A stretch of 51,121 bases of DNA, taken from the NCBI GenBank assembly GCA_031369685.1, contig JANMPD010000008.1, forward strand, positions 1 to 51,121, written 5' to 3'. The translations under genes were made by a program, and so were the position numbers. The notes under the pieces were generated by a model, which did no database searches, was not told where the DNA came from, and saw nothing but the letters and a program-made list of their open reading frames with translations. This DNA comes from Chloroflexota bacterium. Its GTDB lineage: Bacteria; Chloroflexota; Limnocylindria; Limnocylindrales; CSP1-4. This document shows positions 1-10,122 of the stretch, piece by piece; position 1 is the first letter of the stretch; each line of letters opens with the position of its first letter.

Positions 1-443
1 GTATGGCCACCGGCGAGCGTGCCGCCGGCTTCCCGAACCTTGGCCGACGCGCCCTCGAAGATCGCCGCCAGCGTGTCCCGCGGCAGGTCCTCCGGGAAGG
101 CGGCAATCGACAGCGCGAACAGCACCCGCCCGCCCATCGCAAAGACATCGGACAGGGCATTGGCTGCGGCGATCTCGCCGTACAGGCGCGGATCGTCCAC
201 GAGCGGAGGGAAGAAATCGAGCGTCCCGATGATCGCGAGATCCGGCGAGACGAGATACGCGGCGGCGTCATCGGGAGGGTTCAGGCCCGCGATCAGTTCG
301 GGCGGTGCCGTCTGCGCGCCGAGCCCGGAAAGTGCATCGGCCAGCAGATCAGCCCCGAGCTTCGCGGCACACCCGCCGCAATCGGTCATGTCGGTGAGGC
401 GGATCGCGCGCGGGGGTTTTGGAGTTCGGGCGTCAGCGGTCAT
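1..443 (-). CDS. selD: Selenophosphate synthetase (selenide, water dikinase), 5' part; runs off the window
   Basis: Not in the ORF track. Manual translation from ATG at 443: MTADARTPKPPRAIRLTDMTDCGGCAAKLGADLL...PPDDAAAYLVSPDLAIIGTLDFFPPLVDDPRLYGEIAAANALSDVFAMGG...AGGH. These are SelD motifs (C-x-x-K, DDAA, DFFxP, ANALSDVxAMGG). The catalytic codon is TGT (Cys) at 371-369. Confidence 0.95.
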   Translation of the reverse strand, partial: MTADARTPKPPRAIRLTDMTDCGGCAAKLGADLLADALSGLGAQTAPPELIAGLNPPDDAAAYLVSPDLAIIGTLDFFPPLVDDPRLYGEIAAANALSDVFAMGGRVLFALSIAAFPEDLPRDTLAAIFEGASAKVREAGGTLAGGH

Positions 444-574
444 ACCCGGATGATAGGCGAGGATCCCGTGCCGGTTGGCTCGGCGACCAATGCAAGCGAC
501 TTTAATGTGGTCGTCGCGTTGACGGTCTCCCGCAGCGATGGTTGACTGGGTTCCCCTAGAAGAGCACCAAGCAC

Positions 575-2800
575 GTGTCCGAACGACTCCTCATCGTCTC
601 CAACCGGCTGCCTCTGACGACGCGCCGTGCCGGGACCGAGTGGCACGGCGACCTGAGCAGCGGCGGCCTCATTGCCGCCCTGACGCCAGTCATGGAGCAG
701 GCCAGCGGTCTGTGGATCGGCTGGCCGGGCGAGGCACCGTCGGGCGACACCGCAGGCCGCGATGCGCTCCTGCGGTCCTGGGAGAAGGAGCACCGGTTCG
801 TTTCGGTGGACCTTCCACCCAAGATCACCCGCGCCTTCTACGAGGGCTACAGCAACAACACGATCTGGCCGCTCCTGCACGGATTCCCGACGCTCGTCAG
901 CTTCGATCGGGAGACCTGGCATGCCTACCGCGACGCCAACGAGCGCTTCGCGGCCACGGTTCTCGAGCGCACCAGGCCCGGTGACCTCGTCTGGATCCAC
1001 GACTACCAGCTGATGCTCGTGCCGAGCCTGCTGCGCGCCGCTCGGCCCGACATCAAGATCGGCTTCTTCCTCCACGTGCCGTTCCCGCCGGCCGAGGTCT
1101 TCCGGATCCTGCCCCAGCGTGAAGAGGTGCTGCGAGGCTTGCTCGGGGCCGACCTCATCGGGTTCCAGACGCACGAGCACCTCGGTGCGTTCCGGCGGAC
1201 GCTCCTCCAGGTCCTCGGCACCGAGAGCCGGATGGATCGGGTCGAGGTCGACGGGCGCGTGGTATCGCTGGAGGCCCATCCCATCGGGATCGTGACCGAC
1301 GAATGGGAGCGACTCGTCACCTCGGACAGGTCGGTGGGCAAGCGTGTCGCCGACCTTCGGGCGCGGCACGCCGACCGAAAACTGGTTCTCGCGGTCGATC
1401 GGCTCGATTACACGAAGGGGATCCCGGAGCGACTCCGAGCGTTCCGGCACTTCCTCGTCACGCGACCCGAGTGGCGCGGCAGGGTGACCATGATCCAGGT
1501 CGCGGTCCCATCGAGGGAGCGCATTCCGCGCTACGTCGAACTGCGGCGCGAGGTCAACGAGCTCGTCGGCGAGCTCAACGGGGAGCTTGGTACGGCGACC
1601 TGGAACCCGGTCGTCTACCTTCGGCGATCGGTGACCCGCTCCGAGCTCGCCGCGCTCTATGCCGCGGCTGACGTCGCCTGGGTCGCCTCGCTGCGGGATG
1701 GCATGAATCTCGTGGCCAAGGAGTACGTGGCATGCCAGCAGAATCGTGCCGGCGTCCTCCTGTTGAGCGAGTTTGCCGGTGCGGCAGGCGAGATGGGCGA
1801 GGCGATCCGGGTCAATCCCTACGATGAGGAGGGCTCTGCCGATGCCCTCCTGAGGGCGCTGTTGATGCCCGAGGACGAGCGGCATGAACGTCAGGACGCC
1901 CTGCTGGCCCGGGTTCGCCGGAGCAACGCCATCGCCTGGGCGGAGGGCTTTGTTGCGGAGCTGCGGGTCGCCGCTGCCGAGCGGGATATCGCCAGTGGCC
2001 CGGTGACCGAGCCGAAGTTGCCGGCACTTCGCCGCGCCTTCCGGTCGGCCACGCGCCGAATCTGTTACCTCGATTACGACGGAACGCTCGTGCGCCTTGC
2101 AGCCCGACCGGCCGACGCGGTGCCGAGTCCGGCCGTGGGCGAGATCGTCGGGTCGCTCGCCCGGAAACGCGGAACAACCGTGGTCATCGTGTCCGGGCGC
2201 CCAGCCGTCGATCTCGAGCGGTGGTTCGGCCATCTTTCGAGCGTCTGGCTGGCCGCGGAGCATGGTGCGCTTCTGCGCGAGCCGGGCAGCAGCGAATGGC
2301 AATCCCTTCGTCTCGGCGCCAGCACGGATTGGAAAGATCGCGTCCGGCCGGTCCTCGAACATTTCGCGGCCCGGGCGCCTGGGAGTTCCGTCGAGGAAAA
2401 GGACTACGCGCTGGCGTGGCACTACCGGCTCGTCGAGCCGGAGTTCGGGACCTGGCTGTCGAACGAGCTCGGCGTCACCCTCGATCAGCAACTTACCGGT
2501 ACGGATCTGGCGGTCCTTCGAGGCAACAAGGTCATCGAGATCCGCTACGCCTGGGCAAACAAGGGTGAGGTGGTGTCGCACGTCCGATCGATCGGTGACG
2601 CCCCCGGCTTTGAGCTGGCCATCGGGGATGATCGGACCGACGAGGACATGTTCGATCGGCTGCCACCCGATGCGTGGACCATCCACGTCGGAACAGGGCC
2701 GACGCGCGCCCGGTATGCCGTTCCAAACCCGGCGGCTGCGCTTGGCCTCATCGCCGCGCTCGCGGGTGCCTCCTCGGCCGCTGAGCGCGCCTCGGACTGA
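575..2800 (+). CDS. otsAB: Bifunctional trehalose-6-phosphate synthase/phosphatase (GT20 + HAD fusion)
   Basis: [58 protein letters not shown]; C-terminal HAD domain [25 protein letters not shown]. Confidence 0.95.
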   Translation: MSERLLIVSNRLPLTTRRAGTEWHGDLSSGGLIAALTPVMEQASGLWIGWPGEAPSGDTAGRDALLRSWEKEHRFVSVDLPPKITRAFYEGYSNNTIWPLLHGFPTLVSFDRETWHAYRDANERFAATVLERTRPGDLVWIHDYQLMLVPSLLRAARPDIKIGFFLHVPFPPAEVFRILPQREEVLRGLLGADLIGFQTHEHLGAFRRTLLQVLGTESRMDRVEVDGRVVSLEAHPIGIVTDEWERLVTSDRSVGKRVADLRARHADRKLVLAVDRLDYTKGIPERLRAFRHFLVTRPEWRGRVTMIQVAVPSRERIPRYVELRREVNELVGELNGELGTATWNPVVYLRRSVTRSELAALYAAADVAWVASLRDGMNLVAKEYVACQQNRAGVLLLSEFAGAAGEMGEAIRVNPYDEEGSADALLRALLMPEDERHERQDALLARVRRSNAIAWAEGFVAELRVAAAERDIASGPVTEPKLPALRRAFRSATRRICYLDYDGTLVRLAARPADAVPSPAVGEIVGSLARKRGTTVVIVSGRPAVDLERWFGHLSSVWLAAEHGALLREPGSSEWQSLRLGASTDWKDRVRPVLEHFAARAPGSSVEEKDYALAWHYRLVEPEFGTWLSNELGVTLDQQLTGTDLAVLRGNKVIEIRYAWANKGEVVSHVRSIGDAPGFELAIGDDRTDEDMFDRLPPDAWTIHVGTGPTRARYAVPNPAAALGLIAALAGASSAAERASD

Positions 2801-2865
2801 TTCGCCTCCGGGCCACGGGTTGCAAGGGCGAGCCGGCGTTGGCTCCCGAGCCGCTACGATGAGTC

Positions 2866-2962
2866 GGGAGTGGGTTCGGGCCGGTGCCCGGTCCGGTCTT
2901 CAAAACCGGTGGCGCGGCGCTTGGCGTCGCGCGGTGGGTTCGACTCCCATGCGCTCCCGCCA
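2866..2962 (+). tRNA. selC: tRNA-Sec (anticodon UCA)
   Basis: GGGAGTGG-GT-TCGGGC CGGT GCCCGG (6-bp D stem, 4-nt loop)-T-CCGGT CT TCA AA ACCGG-long variable arm GCGCGGCGC TTG GCGTCGCGC-GTGGG TTCGACT CCCAT-GCGCTCCC-G-CCA; directly upstream of selA. Confidence 0.97.
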
Positions 2963-2981
2963 CGATCCGCAGGAGTTCCCA

Positions 2982-4403
2982 TTGGCCGAGCAATCCGGAG
3001 CCACCGCCCAGGATCCGCCCCGGAACCCGCCGAGTGTCGAGCGCGTGCTCGCCGCTGCTCGACCGCGCGTCGGTACGCGGGACCCGGACGCCATCCTGGC
3101 GGTGGCGCGGGCCGTGGTCGACGACGAGCGGACACGGATCCAGGGCGGGACGCCGGCGCGGACGGTCGAGGTCCTCGGCGCCGAGGTTGTGGCCGCGCTC
3201 GAGGCCTTCGACGGACCCCCTCGCCCAGGCGCCGGCGGGCGCGATGCGATCCGGGTGATCAACGCGACCGGCGTCATCGTCCACACGAATCTCGGCCGCG
3301 CCGGGTGGCCGGCCGCCGCGATCGAGGCCGCGCGCCTGGCCGCGCACGGCCCGACGCTCCTGGAGATGGATCGCGCGACGGGGCGCCGCGGACCGCGCGA
3401 TCGCGCAGGTGAGGAGCACCTGATCGCCCTCACCGGCGCCGAGGACGCGCTGATCGTCACCAACAACGCCGCGGCGATCGCGCTCGCGGTGGGGTTGGCG
3501 GGTCGCGGCGGCGGCGTGGCCGTCTCGCGAGGCGAGCTGATCGAGATCGGCGGGGGTGTGCGGATCCCCGAGATCCTGCGGCGCGCCGGCGTTCGCCTTG
3601 TCGAGGTCGGAACCACCAATCGGACCAGGGTCGAGGATTTCGCCGCCGTCCTCGAGGAGCCGAAGGCCAAGATCCGCGCCATCCTCCGCGTCCATCCCTC
3701 CAACTTCGTCCAGTCCGGGTTTGTCGAGGCGCCCGACCCCGCGGGCCTCGCGGACCTGGCGCACCGTCACGGCACGATCGTCATCGACGATCTCGGGAGC
3801 GGTGCCCTGCTCCCGACCGAACGGGTCGGTCTGGCCCACGAGCCGATGCCCGGCGAGCGGATGGCCGCCGGTGCCGACATCGTGACCTTCTCGGGCGACA
3901 AGCTCATCGGTGGTCCCCAGGCCGGCATGATCGTGGGCCGAGCCGATCTCGTCGCGAAGCTGCGCCGGGACCCGTTGGCCCGCGCCATGCGCCCCGACAA
4001 GACGATCCTCGCGGGGGTGGCCGCGACGCTCGCCCTGTACCGCGGCGGGCGGGCGATGACCGAGATCCCGGTCTGGCGGACGCTGGCGATCCCGCTCCCC
4101 GAGCTCCGGCTTCGCGCTGCGGCGCTCCTCGCGCTGCTCCCGAAGGACGCGGCCGCGGCCGTCGAGCTCGAGGCGACCGTTGGCGGAGGCTCGGTGCCCG
4201 GCCAGTCGATCCCGTCCGCCGGAGTGGCGCTCGTTCCCGCCGCCGGTCAGACGGCGGCGTTCATGCTCAGGGCACTCCGCGCGGGGGAGCCCTGCGTGAT
4301 TGCGCGGATCGAGCACGACCGCGTCGTCCTGGATCTCAGGACCATCGACCCGGCCGCGGATGGTGCCCTCGCTGCCGCGATCACGCAGGCCCTCGCGGGC
4401 TGA
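2982..4403 (+). CDS. selA: L-seryl-tRNA(Sec) selenium transferase
   Basis: 3' part of ORF 2097..4403. Likely start is TTG 2982 after AGGAG. Motifs PSVERVL, VINATGVIVHTNLGRA, SRGELIEIGGGVRIP, EVGTTNRT, VHPSNF, DDLGSG, FSGDKLIGGPQAG (PLP Lys). Confidence 0.95.
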   Translation: MAEQSGATAQDPPRNPPSVERVLAAARPRVGTRDPDAILAVARAVVDDERTRIQGGTPARTVEVLGAEVVAALEAFDGPPRPGAGGRDAIRVINATGVIVHTNLGRAGWPAAAIEAARLAAHGPTLLEMDRATGRRGPRDRAGEEHLIALTGAEDALIVTNNAAAIALAVGLAGRGGGVAVSRGELIEIGGGVRIPEILRRAGVRLVEVGTTNRTRVEDFAAVLEEPKAKIRAILRVHPSNFVQSGFVEAPDPAGLADLAHRHGTIVIDDLGSGALLPTERVGLAHEPMPGERMAAGADIVTFSGDKLIGGPQAGMIVGRADLVAKLRRDPLARAMRPDKTILAGVAATLALYRGGRAMTEIPVWRTLAIPLPELRLRAAALLALLPKDAAAAVELEATVGGGSVPGQSIPSAGVALVPAAGQTAAFMLRALRAGEPCVIARIEHDRVVLDLRTIDPAADGALAAAITQALAG

Positions 4404-4409
4404 CCACCC

Positions 4410-6374
4410 ATGACCGTCGTCATCGGCACGGCCGGACACATCGATCATGGCAAGACGACGCTCCTGCGCGCCCTGACGGGCATCGACGCCGATCGGCTGC
4501 CCGAGGAGCAGCGCCGCGGTATGACGATCGATATCGGGTATGCCCATCTGGACGTGGGCGACGGGGCCTCCATCGATTTCGTCGACGTCCCGGGCCATGA
4601 CGCGCTGATCGGCAACATGCTCGTGGGCGTGGGCGAGGTGGATGCCGTGATGCTGCTGGTGGCAGCCGATGACGGACCGCGGGCTCAGACGTTCGAGCAC
4701 CTCGAGCTCATCGACGCGCTCGGGCTACGGGCCGGCGTCGTTGTCGTGAGCAAGGCCGATGCGGTCGATCCGGAGCGCGCGGTCGCGGTGGCGGCGACGG
4801 CCGCGGACCTCGTGAGCGCGACGAGCCTTGCCGGATCCCCGGTCTTCATCGTCTCCGGTGCGACAGGAGCCGGCCTCGAGGACGTTCGAGCCGGACTCCT
4901 GGCGCTTCGCGACCGGGTCCGTGCGGAGCAGGAGGTTGCCGCCGGTGGTCCGGGTCGGCTTTCTGTTGATCGCGCGTTCGTGGTCCGCGGCCGGGGCCTG
5001 GTCGTGACCGGGTCGCTGCGCGGCGGCGAGCTCCGGGTCGGTGACGCCCTGCGACTCGAACCGGGTGGCGCGGAGGTCCGGGTTCGTGGTCTCCACGTCC
5101 ACCACGGCGCCGTTCAGTCGGCCGCCCCCGGTCGAGTCGCGATCAACATTGCCGGGGTGGAGCGCGCGGCCTGCCGACGCGGCATGGTGGTCACCTGGGG
5201 GACGGGAATCGAAGCATCGTCCCGGATTCTCGTCGCACTCCGGCCTCCAGTGGTTCTCGATGACGCTGGATCGAGGCGAAATCGACCGACGTGGCCGCCA
5301 ATCGATGGGACTCGTGCTCGCGTCCATCTCGGCACGGCCCAGGTTGACGGGGTCCTCGGGCGCCGCGGCCGGGATTGCGTGGACCTGCCCGACGGGCGGG
5401 TGACGGCAATCGTTCGCCTGGCCGAGCCAGTTGCAACCTTCATCGGCGATCGAGGCATTGCTCGTCGGCCGTCGCCGGGTGATGTCGTCGCTGGCTTCGA
5501 GGTACTCGACGTCGAGCCCGCTCGCGGAGTGGCCCGAGGACGTGCCAGTCCGGAACGAATGGACCGGCTCGCCGCAGCGGTCCGTGACGCCGACGTCGAT
5601 GCCGCCTCGGACGCGCTGGTTGGCCTGCACGGGATGCTTGGCGTCGATCGAAACGTGCGGGTCGGGACCAGCCTGGGACGCATCGGCACCGGCGATCGAG
5701 GGCCGGTACGAATGGGCATGATCCTCGCACCCGACGTCCAGGCGGCACTGGAGATGGCCGCGCTGGGTCTCGTGGCCGATTTCCACGCCTCGGATTCGGT
5801 CGAGTCCGGCCTGCCAATCCAAGCGCTGCGAGAGCGACTCCGGATGTCGCTGCGCCGCCTGGTTGCCGTCCGCCGCGACGAAACCGCGAACGTCGACCGC
5901 GCCATCGAGGCCATCCTCGAGGATCTCGTGGGCCGGGAGCGACTCGCGCGCGAGGGCGATCGGCTGCGTGATCCGACCGTGGCCGCCGCTCTGCCGCCGG
6001 CCCTTGTTGCGGCCATGGACCGTCTCGAGGCTGCCCTCAACGTGCCCACTCCGCCGGATCTCGCGGCAGCGGCGCAGGCGGCCGGCTGCCCGCCGGAAGG
6101 CGTTCGAGCCCTCGAGGCCGCTGGACGCATCGTCCGGGTCGAGGCGGACCTGGCCTGGGCCGCACCGACATTCCAGCGGCTCGCCGCAATTGCCCTGGGC
6201 ATCGCCCGGCGAGAGCCGCTGACGCCCGCCGCCCTCCGCGATGCGACCGGCACGAGCCGGCGTTACGTGATGCCCCTCATCGAGGACCTCAACCGACGCG
6301 GGATCCTCGTCCGGACACCTGTCGGCCACGTGCCGGGACCGCGAGCGCCACGCGAACCTGAGTCCGCGAAATGA
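4410..6374 (+). CDS. selB: Selenocysteine-specific translation elongation factor
   Basis: GTAGHIDHGKTTL, DRLPEEQRRGMTIDIG, DVPGH, SKAD; C-terminal winged-helix-like TSRRYVMPLIEDL; follows selA. Confidence 0.95.
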   Translation: MTVVIGTAGHIDHGKTTLLRALTGIDADRLPEEQRRGMTIDIGYAHLDVGDGASIDFVDVPGHDALIGNMLVGVGEVDAVMLLVAADDGPRAQTFEHLELIDALGLRAGVVVVSKADAVDPERAVAVAATAADLVSATSLAGSPVFIVSGATGAGLEDVRAGLLALRDRVRAEQEVAAGGPGRLSVDRAFVVRGRGLVVTGSLRGGELRVGDALRLEPGGAEVRVRGLHVHHGAVQSAAPGRVAINIAGVERAACRRGMVVTWGTGIEASSRILVALRPPVVLDDAGSRRNRPTWPPIDGTRARVHLGTAQVDGVLGRRGRDCVDLPDGRVTAIVRLAEPVATFIGDRGIARRPSPGDVVAGFEVLDVEPARGVARGRASPERMDRLAAAVRDADVDAASDALVGLHGMLGVDRNVRVGTSLGRIGTGDRGPVRMGMILAPDVQAALEMAALGLVADFHASDSVESGLPIQALRERLRMSLRRLVAVRRDETANVDRAIEAILEDLVGRERLAREGDRLRDPTVAAALPPALVAAMDRLEAALNVPTPPDLAAAAQAAGCPPEGVRALEAAGRIVRVEADLAWAAPTFQRLAAIALGIARREPLTPAALRDATGTSRRYVMPLIEDLNRRGILVRTPVGHVPGPRAPREPESAK

Positions 6375-6979
6375 GGCAGGCTGTACCGATGCTCGACGAT
6401 GTCACTGCGGTCGTCCTCGCTGGCGGTCGGTCCTCGCGATTCGGGTCCGACAAGCTGGCCTTCGAGATCGATGGCCGAACGATGCTGGATCTTGCCGTTG
6501 CCGCAGTCGGTGCCGTGACCTCGCGCGTCGTCCTTGTCCTGGCGCCCGGCGTCGAGATGCCGCTGGCGCTCGCGTCGGCGGACGCGGAACACGTGCATGA
6601 CGCGATGGCCTTCGAGGGCCCGCTCGCCGCGCTCGCCGTCGCGCTCGCCGGGATCGAGACACCAATAGCGCTCGTGGTCGCGGGGGACATGCCCAGGATG
6701 GTGCCGGCAGTCCTTCGGCGCCTTGCCTCGACGGTGGGAGCGGACCGACCGGCGGTCAACCTGGAGGTCCCCCGTCGCGTGCAGCCCCTGCCAATGGCCA
6801 TTTCGGTCGAGGCGGCTCGCCCTGCGGCGGCAGCGCTCCTGGAGCGCGGTGAGCGCTCACTTCGAGCGCTGCTCACGGAACTCGGCGCCGCCTCGATCCC
6901 GGCTCCCGTGTGGCTCAGCCTGGACCCTGCCGGGGCAACGATCCTGGACGTGAACCGACCCGGCGACCTGCGCAGATAG
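6371..6979 (+). CDS. mobA: Molybdenum cofactor guanylyltransferase-like NTP transferase
   Basis: AVVLAGGRSSRFGSDK, GPLAAL, GDMP, QPL, DVNRPGDL; ATGA overlap with selB stop. Confidence 0.8.
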   Translation: MRQAVPMLDDVTAVVLAGGRSSRFGSDKLAFEIDGRTMLDLAVAAVGAVTSRVVLVLAPGVEMPLALASADAEHVHDAMAFEGPLAALAVALAGIETPIALVVAGDMPRMVPAVLRRLASTVGADRPAVNLEVPRRVQPLPMAISVEAARPAAAALLERGERSLRALLTELGAASIPAPVWLSLDPAGATILDVNRPGDLRR

Positions 6980-6992
6980 CGATCCGCCGGAC

Positions 6993-8675
6993 TCAGCCGG
7001 CCTCGAGCGCGGGTGCCTCGAAGACGAACTCCCCGCCGACGACCGTACCGACCACCAACGTGTCGCCAATGGGCTCCGCATCGGATGCATCGATGTTTCG
7101 GTCGAGAATCGCGAGATCGGCGAGCCGGCCGACGCCCAGCCAGCCCGCTTCATCCTGGCGGTTGACGAAGGCCGAGCCCACCGTCGCGGCGGTGAGGGCC
7201 TCGTCCAGGGTGATCCGCTCGGCGGGCAGAAACGGCGTGGCCTCGCGACGCTCGGGCCAGATCCGCCTGACCGCCACCTCGATCTGCGGAAACGGGTTCG
7301 CCGTGCTGACCGTCCAGTCCGAACCGAAGGCCAGGCGCGCGCCTGCACGCAGCAGCGACCCGAACGGGTATTGCCACTGCGACCGCTCGGGGCCGAGGAA
7401 CGGGATCGTGAGCTGATCCATCTGCGCCTCGTGGACGGCCCACAGCGGCTGCGCATTGGCGACCGCGCCCAGCGCCGCGAACCGCGGCAGGTCATCCGGG
7501 TGGATCAGCTGGATGTGGGCGATGTGATGGCGTGCGTCCCGCACGCCGTTCGCGGTCCTTGCTGCCTCGATGGCATCGAGCGCCTCGCGGACCGCCCGGT
7601 CCCCGATCGCGTGGTAATGGAGCTGGAAGCCCCGCCCATCGAGGGCAATCGAAAGCCGATCGAGCTCCTTGGGCTCGAGCGTTGTCATCCCGATGCCGCC
7701 GGTCGGCACGCCGTGCACGTCGAGGTAGGGGTCGAGGAGGGCCCCGGTCCGATTCTCGAGCACACCATCGACGAAGAACTTGATCGACGTGGCCTGGAGG
7801 CGGGCCGGCGCTGAGGACCCCGGTGCAGCTGAACTCGCCGCGGCCGCCACAGCGTCGCGAATGGCCACGAGCCCGTCGATCCCGCCAAATCCCCCGATCT
7901 CCCCGGCGCCCATCGAAAGCACCACGCGCGCCGTGAGCCCGCCGGACGATGCGACGGCCCGATACGCCTCGACCTCGTCTGGATCGACATTGGCGTCCTG
8001 CCAGCCGGTGATTCCCAGCGCGTGCAATTCCGCCTGGGCATCGACGATCGCCCGCTCGAGGACCGCCGGACGATGCTTCGGGATGAGGACTCGAACGAGC
8101 TCCATCGCCGCTTCCTGGAGGGTGCCCACCGGGGTACCGTCGGGGTCGCGTTCGATTCGCCCCATCGGCGGATCCGGCGTGTCGGCCGTGATCCCCGCCA
8201 TCTCGAGTGCTCGCGAGTTGACCCACGCGCCATGCCCGTCCCGGTTCGTGAGGAAGATCGGCCGATCCGGGACCACGCCGTCGAGCAACTCCCGCCGCGG
8301 GATCCCGCCGGGAAATGTTTCCATCGACCAGCCGTCCCCGACGATCCATTCGAACGCTGAGTGGCTGGTCGCATAGGCGGTCACCGCCGCCAGATGCGCC
8401 TCGACGGTGTCGAAGCGGTCGAGATCGCACGCAACGTGGCGCAGCCCGCCCGAGATCGGATGCGTGTGTGCGTCGGTGAATCCGGGCAGGACGGTTCGGC
8501 CTCGGAGATCGATCACCCGCGTCCGCTGCGTGCGCCGGCCGAGGACGTCCCGATCGCCACCGAGGGCCAGGATCCGATCACCGGCGATGGCCATCGCGGT
8601 TGCCTCGGAACCGGGTGGGCCCATGGTCCGGATGGAGCCGCCGTGCATGATCAGGTCCGGGTCGATGTCAGGCAT
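6993..8675 (-). CDS. Amidohydrolase family 3 (YtcJ-like) metal-dependent hydrolase
   Basis: DLRGRTVLPGFTDAHTH, DGHGAWVNSRAL, IKFFVDG, HAIGDRA, HIAH, FGSDW; start ATG 8675 has TACATT 7 nt upstream. Confidence 0.88.
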   Translation of the reverse strand: MPDIDPDLIMHGGSIRTMGPPGSEATAMAIAGDRILALGGDRDVLGRRTQRTRVIDLRGRTVLPGFTDAHTHPISGGLRHVACDLDRFDTVEAHLAAVTAYATSHSAFEWIVGDGWSMETFPGGIPRRELLDGVVPDRPIFLTNRDGHGAWVNSRALEMAGITADTPDPPMGRIERDPDGTPVGTLQEAAMELVRVLIPKHRPAVLERAIVDAQAELHALGITGWQDANVDPDEVEAYRAVASSGGLTARVVLSMGAGEIGGFGGIDGLVAIRDAVAAAASSAAPGSSAPARLQATSIKFFVDGVLENRTGALLDPYLDVHGVPTGGIGMTTLEPKELDRLSIALDGRGFQLHYHAIGDRAVREALDAIEAARTANGVRDARHHIAHIQLIHPDDLPRFAALGAVANAQPLWAVHEAQMDQLTIPFLGPERSQWQYPFGSLLRAGARLAFGSDWTVSTANPFPQIEVAVRRIWPERREATPFLPAERITLDEALTAATVGSAFVNRQDEAGWLGVGRLADLAILDRNIDASDAEPIGDTLVVGTVVGGEFVFEAPALEAG

Positions 8676-8724
8676 GGCCCGCAATGTATCCGCGCCGCGC
8701 GGTTCGGGGCGGTAGGATCGCGCC

Positions 8725-9282
8725 ATGCGCACCACCGTCGATCTCCTCCACGCCGGCTACGTTCGAGCCGGCGGCCGCGTCGGCGGTTCCGTGACCCTCG
8801 TTCGGGATGGTGACGCGATCATCGTGGCCGATCCCGGCATGGTCGCCTCGCGATCGCTGATCCTGGATCCGATGGCGGCCCTCGGCGTCGTGCCGGAAGC
8901 CGTGACCCACGTCTTCCTGAGCCATCATCATCCGGATCACACCGTAAACATCGCGCTGTTCCCGAACGCCGAGGTCGTCGACTTCTGGGCCCGATACCGT
9001 GATGACCTCTGGCTGGATCACGACGGCGATGGCCACGCCCTGTCGCCCCGGACGAAGCTCTGGCTGACGCCCGGCCACACGGCAGAGGATGCATCGCTGA
9101 TCGTCGAGGCGGACGACGCCGTGTACGCCCTCACCCACCTCTGGTGGAAAGCCGATCGAACGCCGGACGTGGATCCGCTTGGCACCGACCAGGCCGCCAT
9201 CGAGCGTGGTCGCGAGCGCGTGCTGGCGGCCGCGGACATCGTCATCCCGGGGCATGGCGAGGCGTTTCACGTCCGAGGATGA
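8725..9282 (+). CDS. Small metallo-beta-lactamase-fold hydrolase
   Basis: IVADPG, SHHHPDH (HxHxDH), TPGHT, IPGHG. Confidence 0.85.
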   Translation: MRTTVDLLHAGYVRAGGRVGGSVTLVRDGDAIIVADPGMVASRSLILDPMAALGVVPEAVTHVFLSHHHPDHTVNIALFPNAEVVDFWARYRDDLWLDHDGDGHALSPRTKLWLTPGHTAEDASLIVEADDAVYALTHLWWKADRTPDVDPLGTDQAAIERGRERVLAAADIVIPGHGEAFHVRG

Positions 9283-9320
9283 TTTGTTCTCGTCGCGACG
9301 GGCCCGGGCGAGGAAGCGCC

Positions 9321-9356
9321 AAGAATCAGAACGGCCCCGCCGTCGGGCAAGGCCGT
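9321..9356 (-). terminator. Probable intrinsic terminator of the RDD gene
   Basis: Minus strand ACGGCCTTGCC CGAC GGCGGGGCCGT hairpin followed by TCTGATTCTT. Confidence 0.55.
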
Positions 9357-9380
9357 CCCGCACGATCTGACGGACGTTGA

Positions 9381-9998
9381 CTAGACCACGCGTGTGGCCT
9401 TGACCACGACGCTGTTCGCGAACTTGTCGTGGAATCCCTGCTTCGTCGGGCTCTTCGCCGTCGAGTAGAGCAGGTAGATCGTGTAGCCCAAGATCGCCAG
9501 GCTGATCAAGGTCCCAAGGACAGGCAGTTGATTGATCACCTGGGCAATCGGAAAGACGCCCCCGAGGGCGATCCAGCGTCGAATGGCCTGATCCTGGGTC
9601 AGGGTCTTGCCATCCGGGAAATTGCCGACCTGCATACCGAGGACCTTCTGGCCAAGGGAACCGCGAAGCCTGGTCCAGCAGTAGATCCAGTACACGGCAC
9701 TCACCGCCATCGTCGCCACGAGGTTCACGATGAGGGCGAAGTAGTTCGTGTCGACCTTGACGGTCACATTCTGGAGGTCGACCTTGACGTCGTAGACCGG
9801 CCCGATGACGGCCCCCAGGATCGCGCCGACAACAGCTCCGATGATGGCGAGGACGATCACATCGATGATCAGGGCAAAGATCCTGTTTGGCACGTCGGCA
9901 TAGGCGAAACCGGCCGTACCGGGCGTGGGCTCAGGTGCCGCTCCCCAGGCGTTGGGTGGTGGCGGTGCGTCTGGTGTGGGCATTGGCTCATCTGACAT
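9381..9998 (-). CDS. RDD family membrane protein
   Basis: Start ATG 9998 after GGGAGAGGGAG; Pro-rich N-terminus, RIFALIID, SLGQKVLGMQV, KQGFHDKFANSVVV. Confidence 0.85.
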   Translation of the reverse strand: MSDEPMPTPDAPPPPNAWGAAPEPTPGTAGFAYADVPNRIFALIIDVIVLAIIGAVVGAILGAVIGPVYDVKVDLQNVTVKVDTNYFALIVNLVATMAVSAVYWIYCWTRLRGSLGQKVLGMQVGNFPDGKTLTQDQAIRRWIALGGVFPIAQVINQLPVLGTLISLAILGYTIYLLYSTAKSPTKQGFHDKFANSVVVKATRVV

Positions 9999-10122
9999 GG
10001 ACGTAACTCCCTCTCCCGCATTCCGGGCGCGCCCATTCCTCTCGTGGACGTGCTCCTCGACGAACCCAGCATAGTCAGATCGGCGGACGGCGGCGAGGCG
10101 ATTCGCGCGATCGCGCCCCGGG

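Noticed and set aside
440-2686. 748-aa minus-strand ORF and similar long antisense ORFs (2748..4700, 4725..6329, 27461..28720, 33555..34652, 40065..41315)
   Set aside because: They lie opposite well-supported genes and have no motifs. Open antisense frames are expected in high-GC coding DNA.
2097-2981. Apparent 295-aa N-terminal extension of SelA
   Set aside because: It overlaps otsAB and runs through tRNA-Sec. SelA-like sequence starts at TTG 2982 behind an SD.
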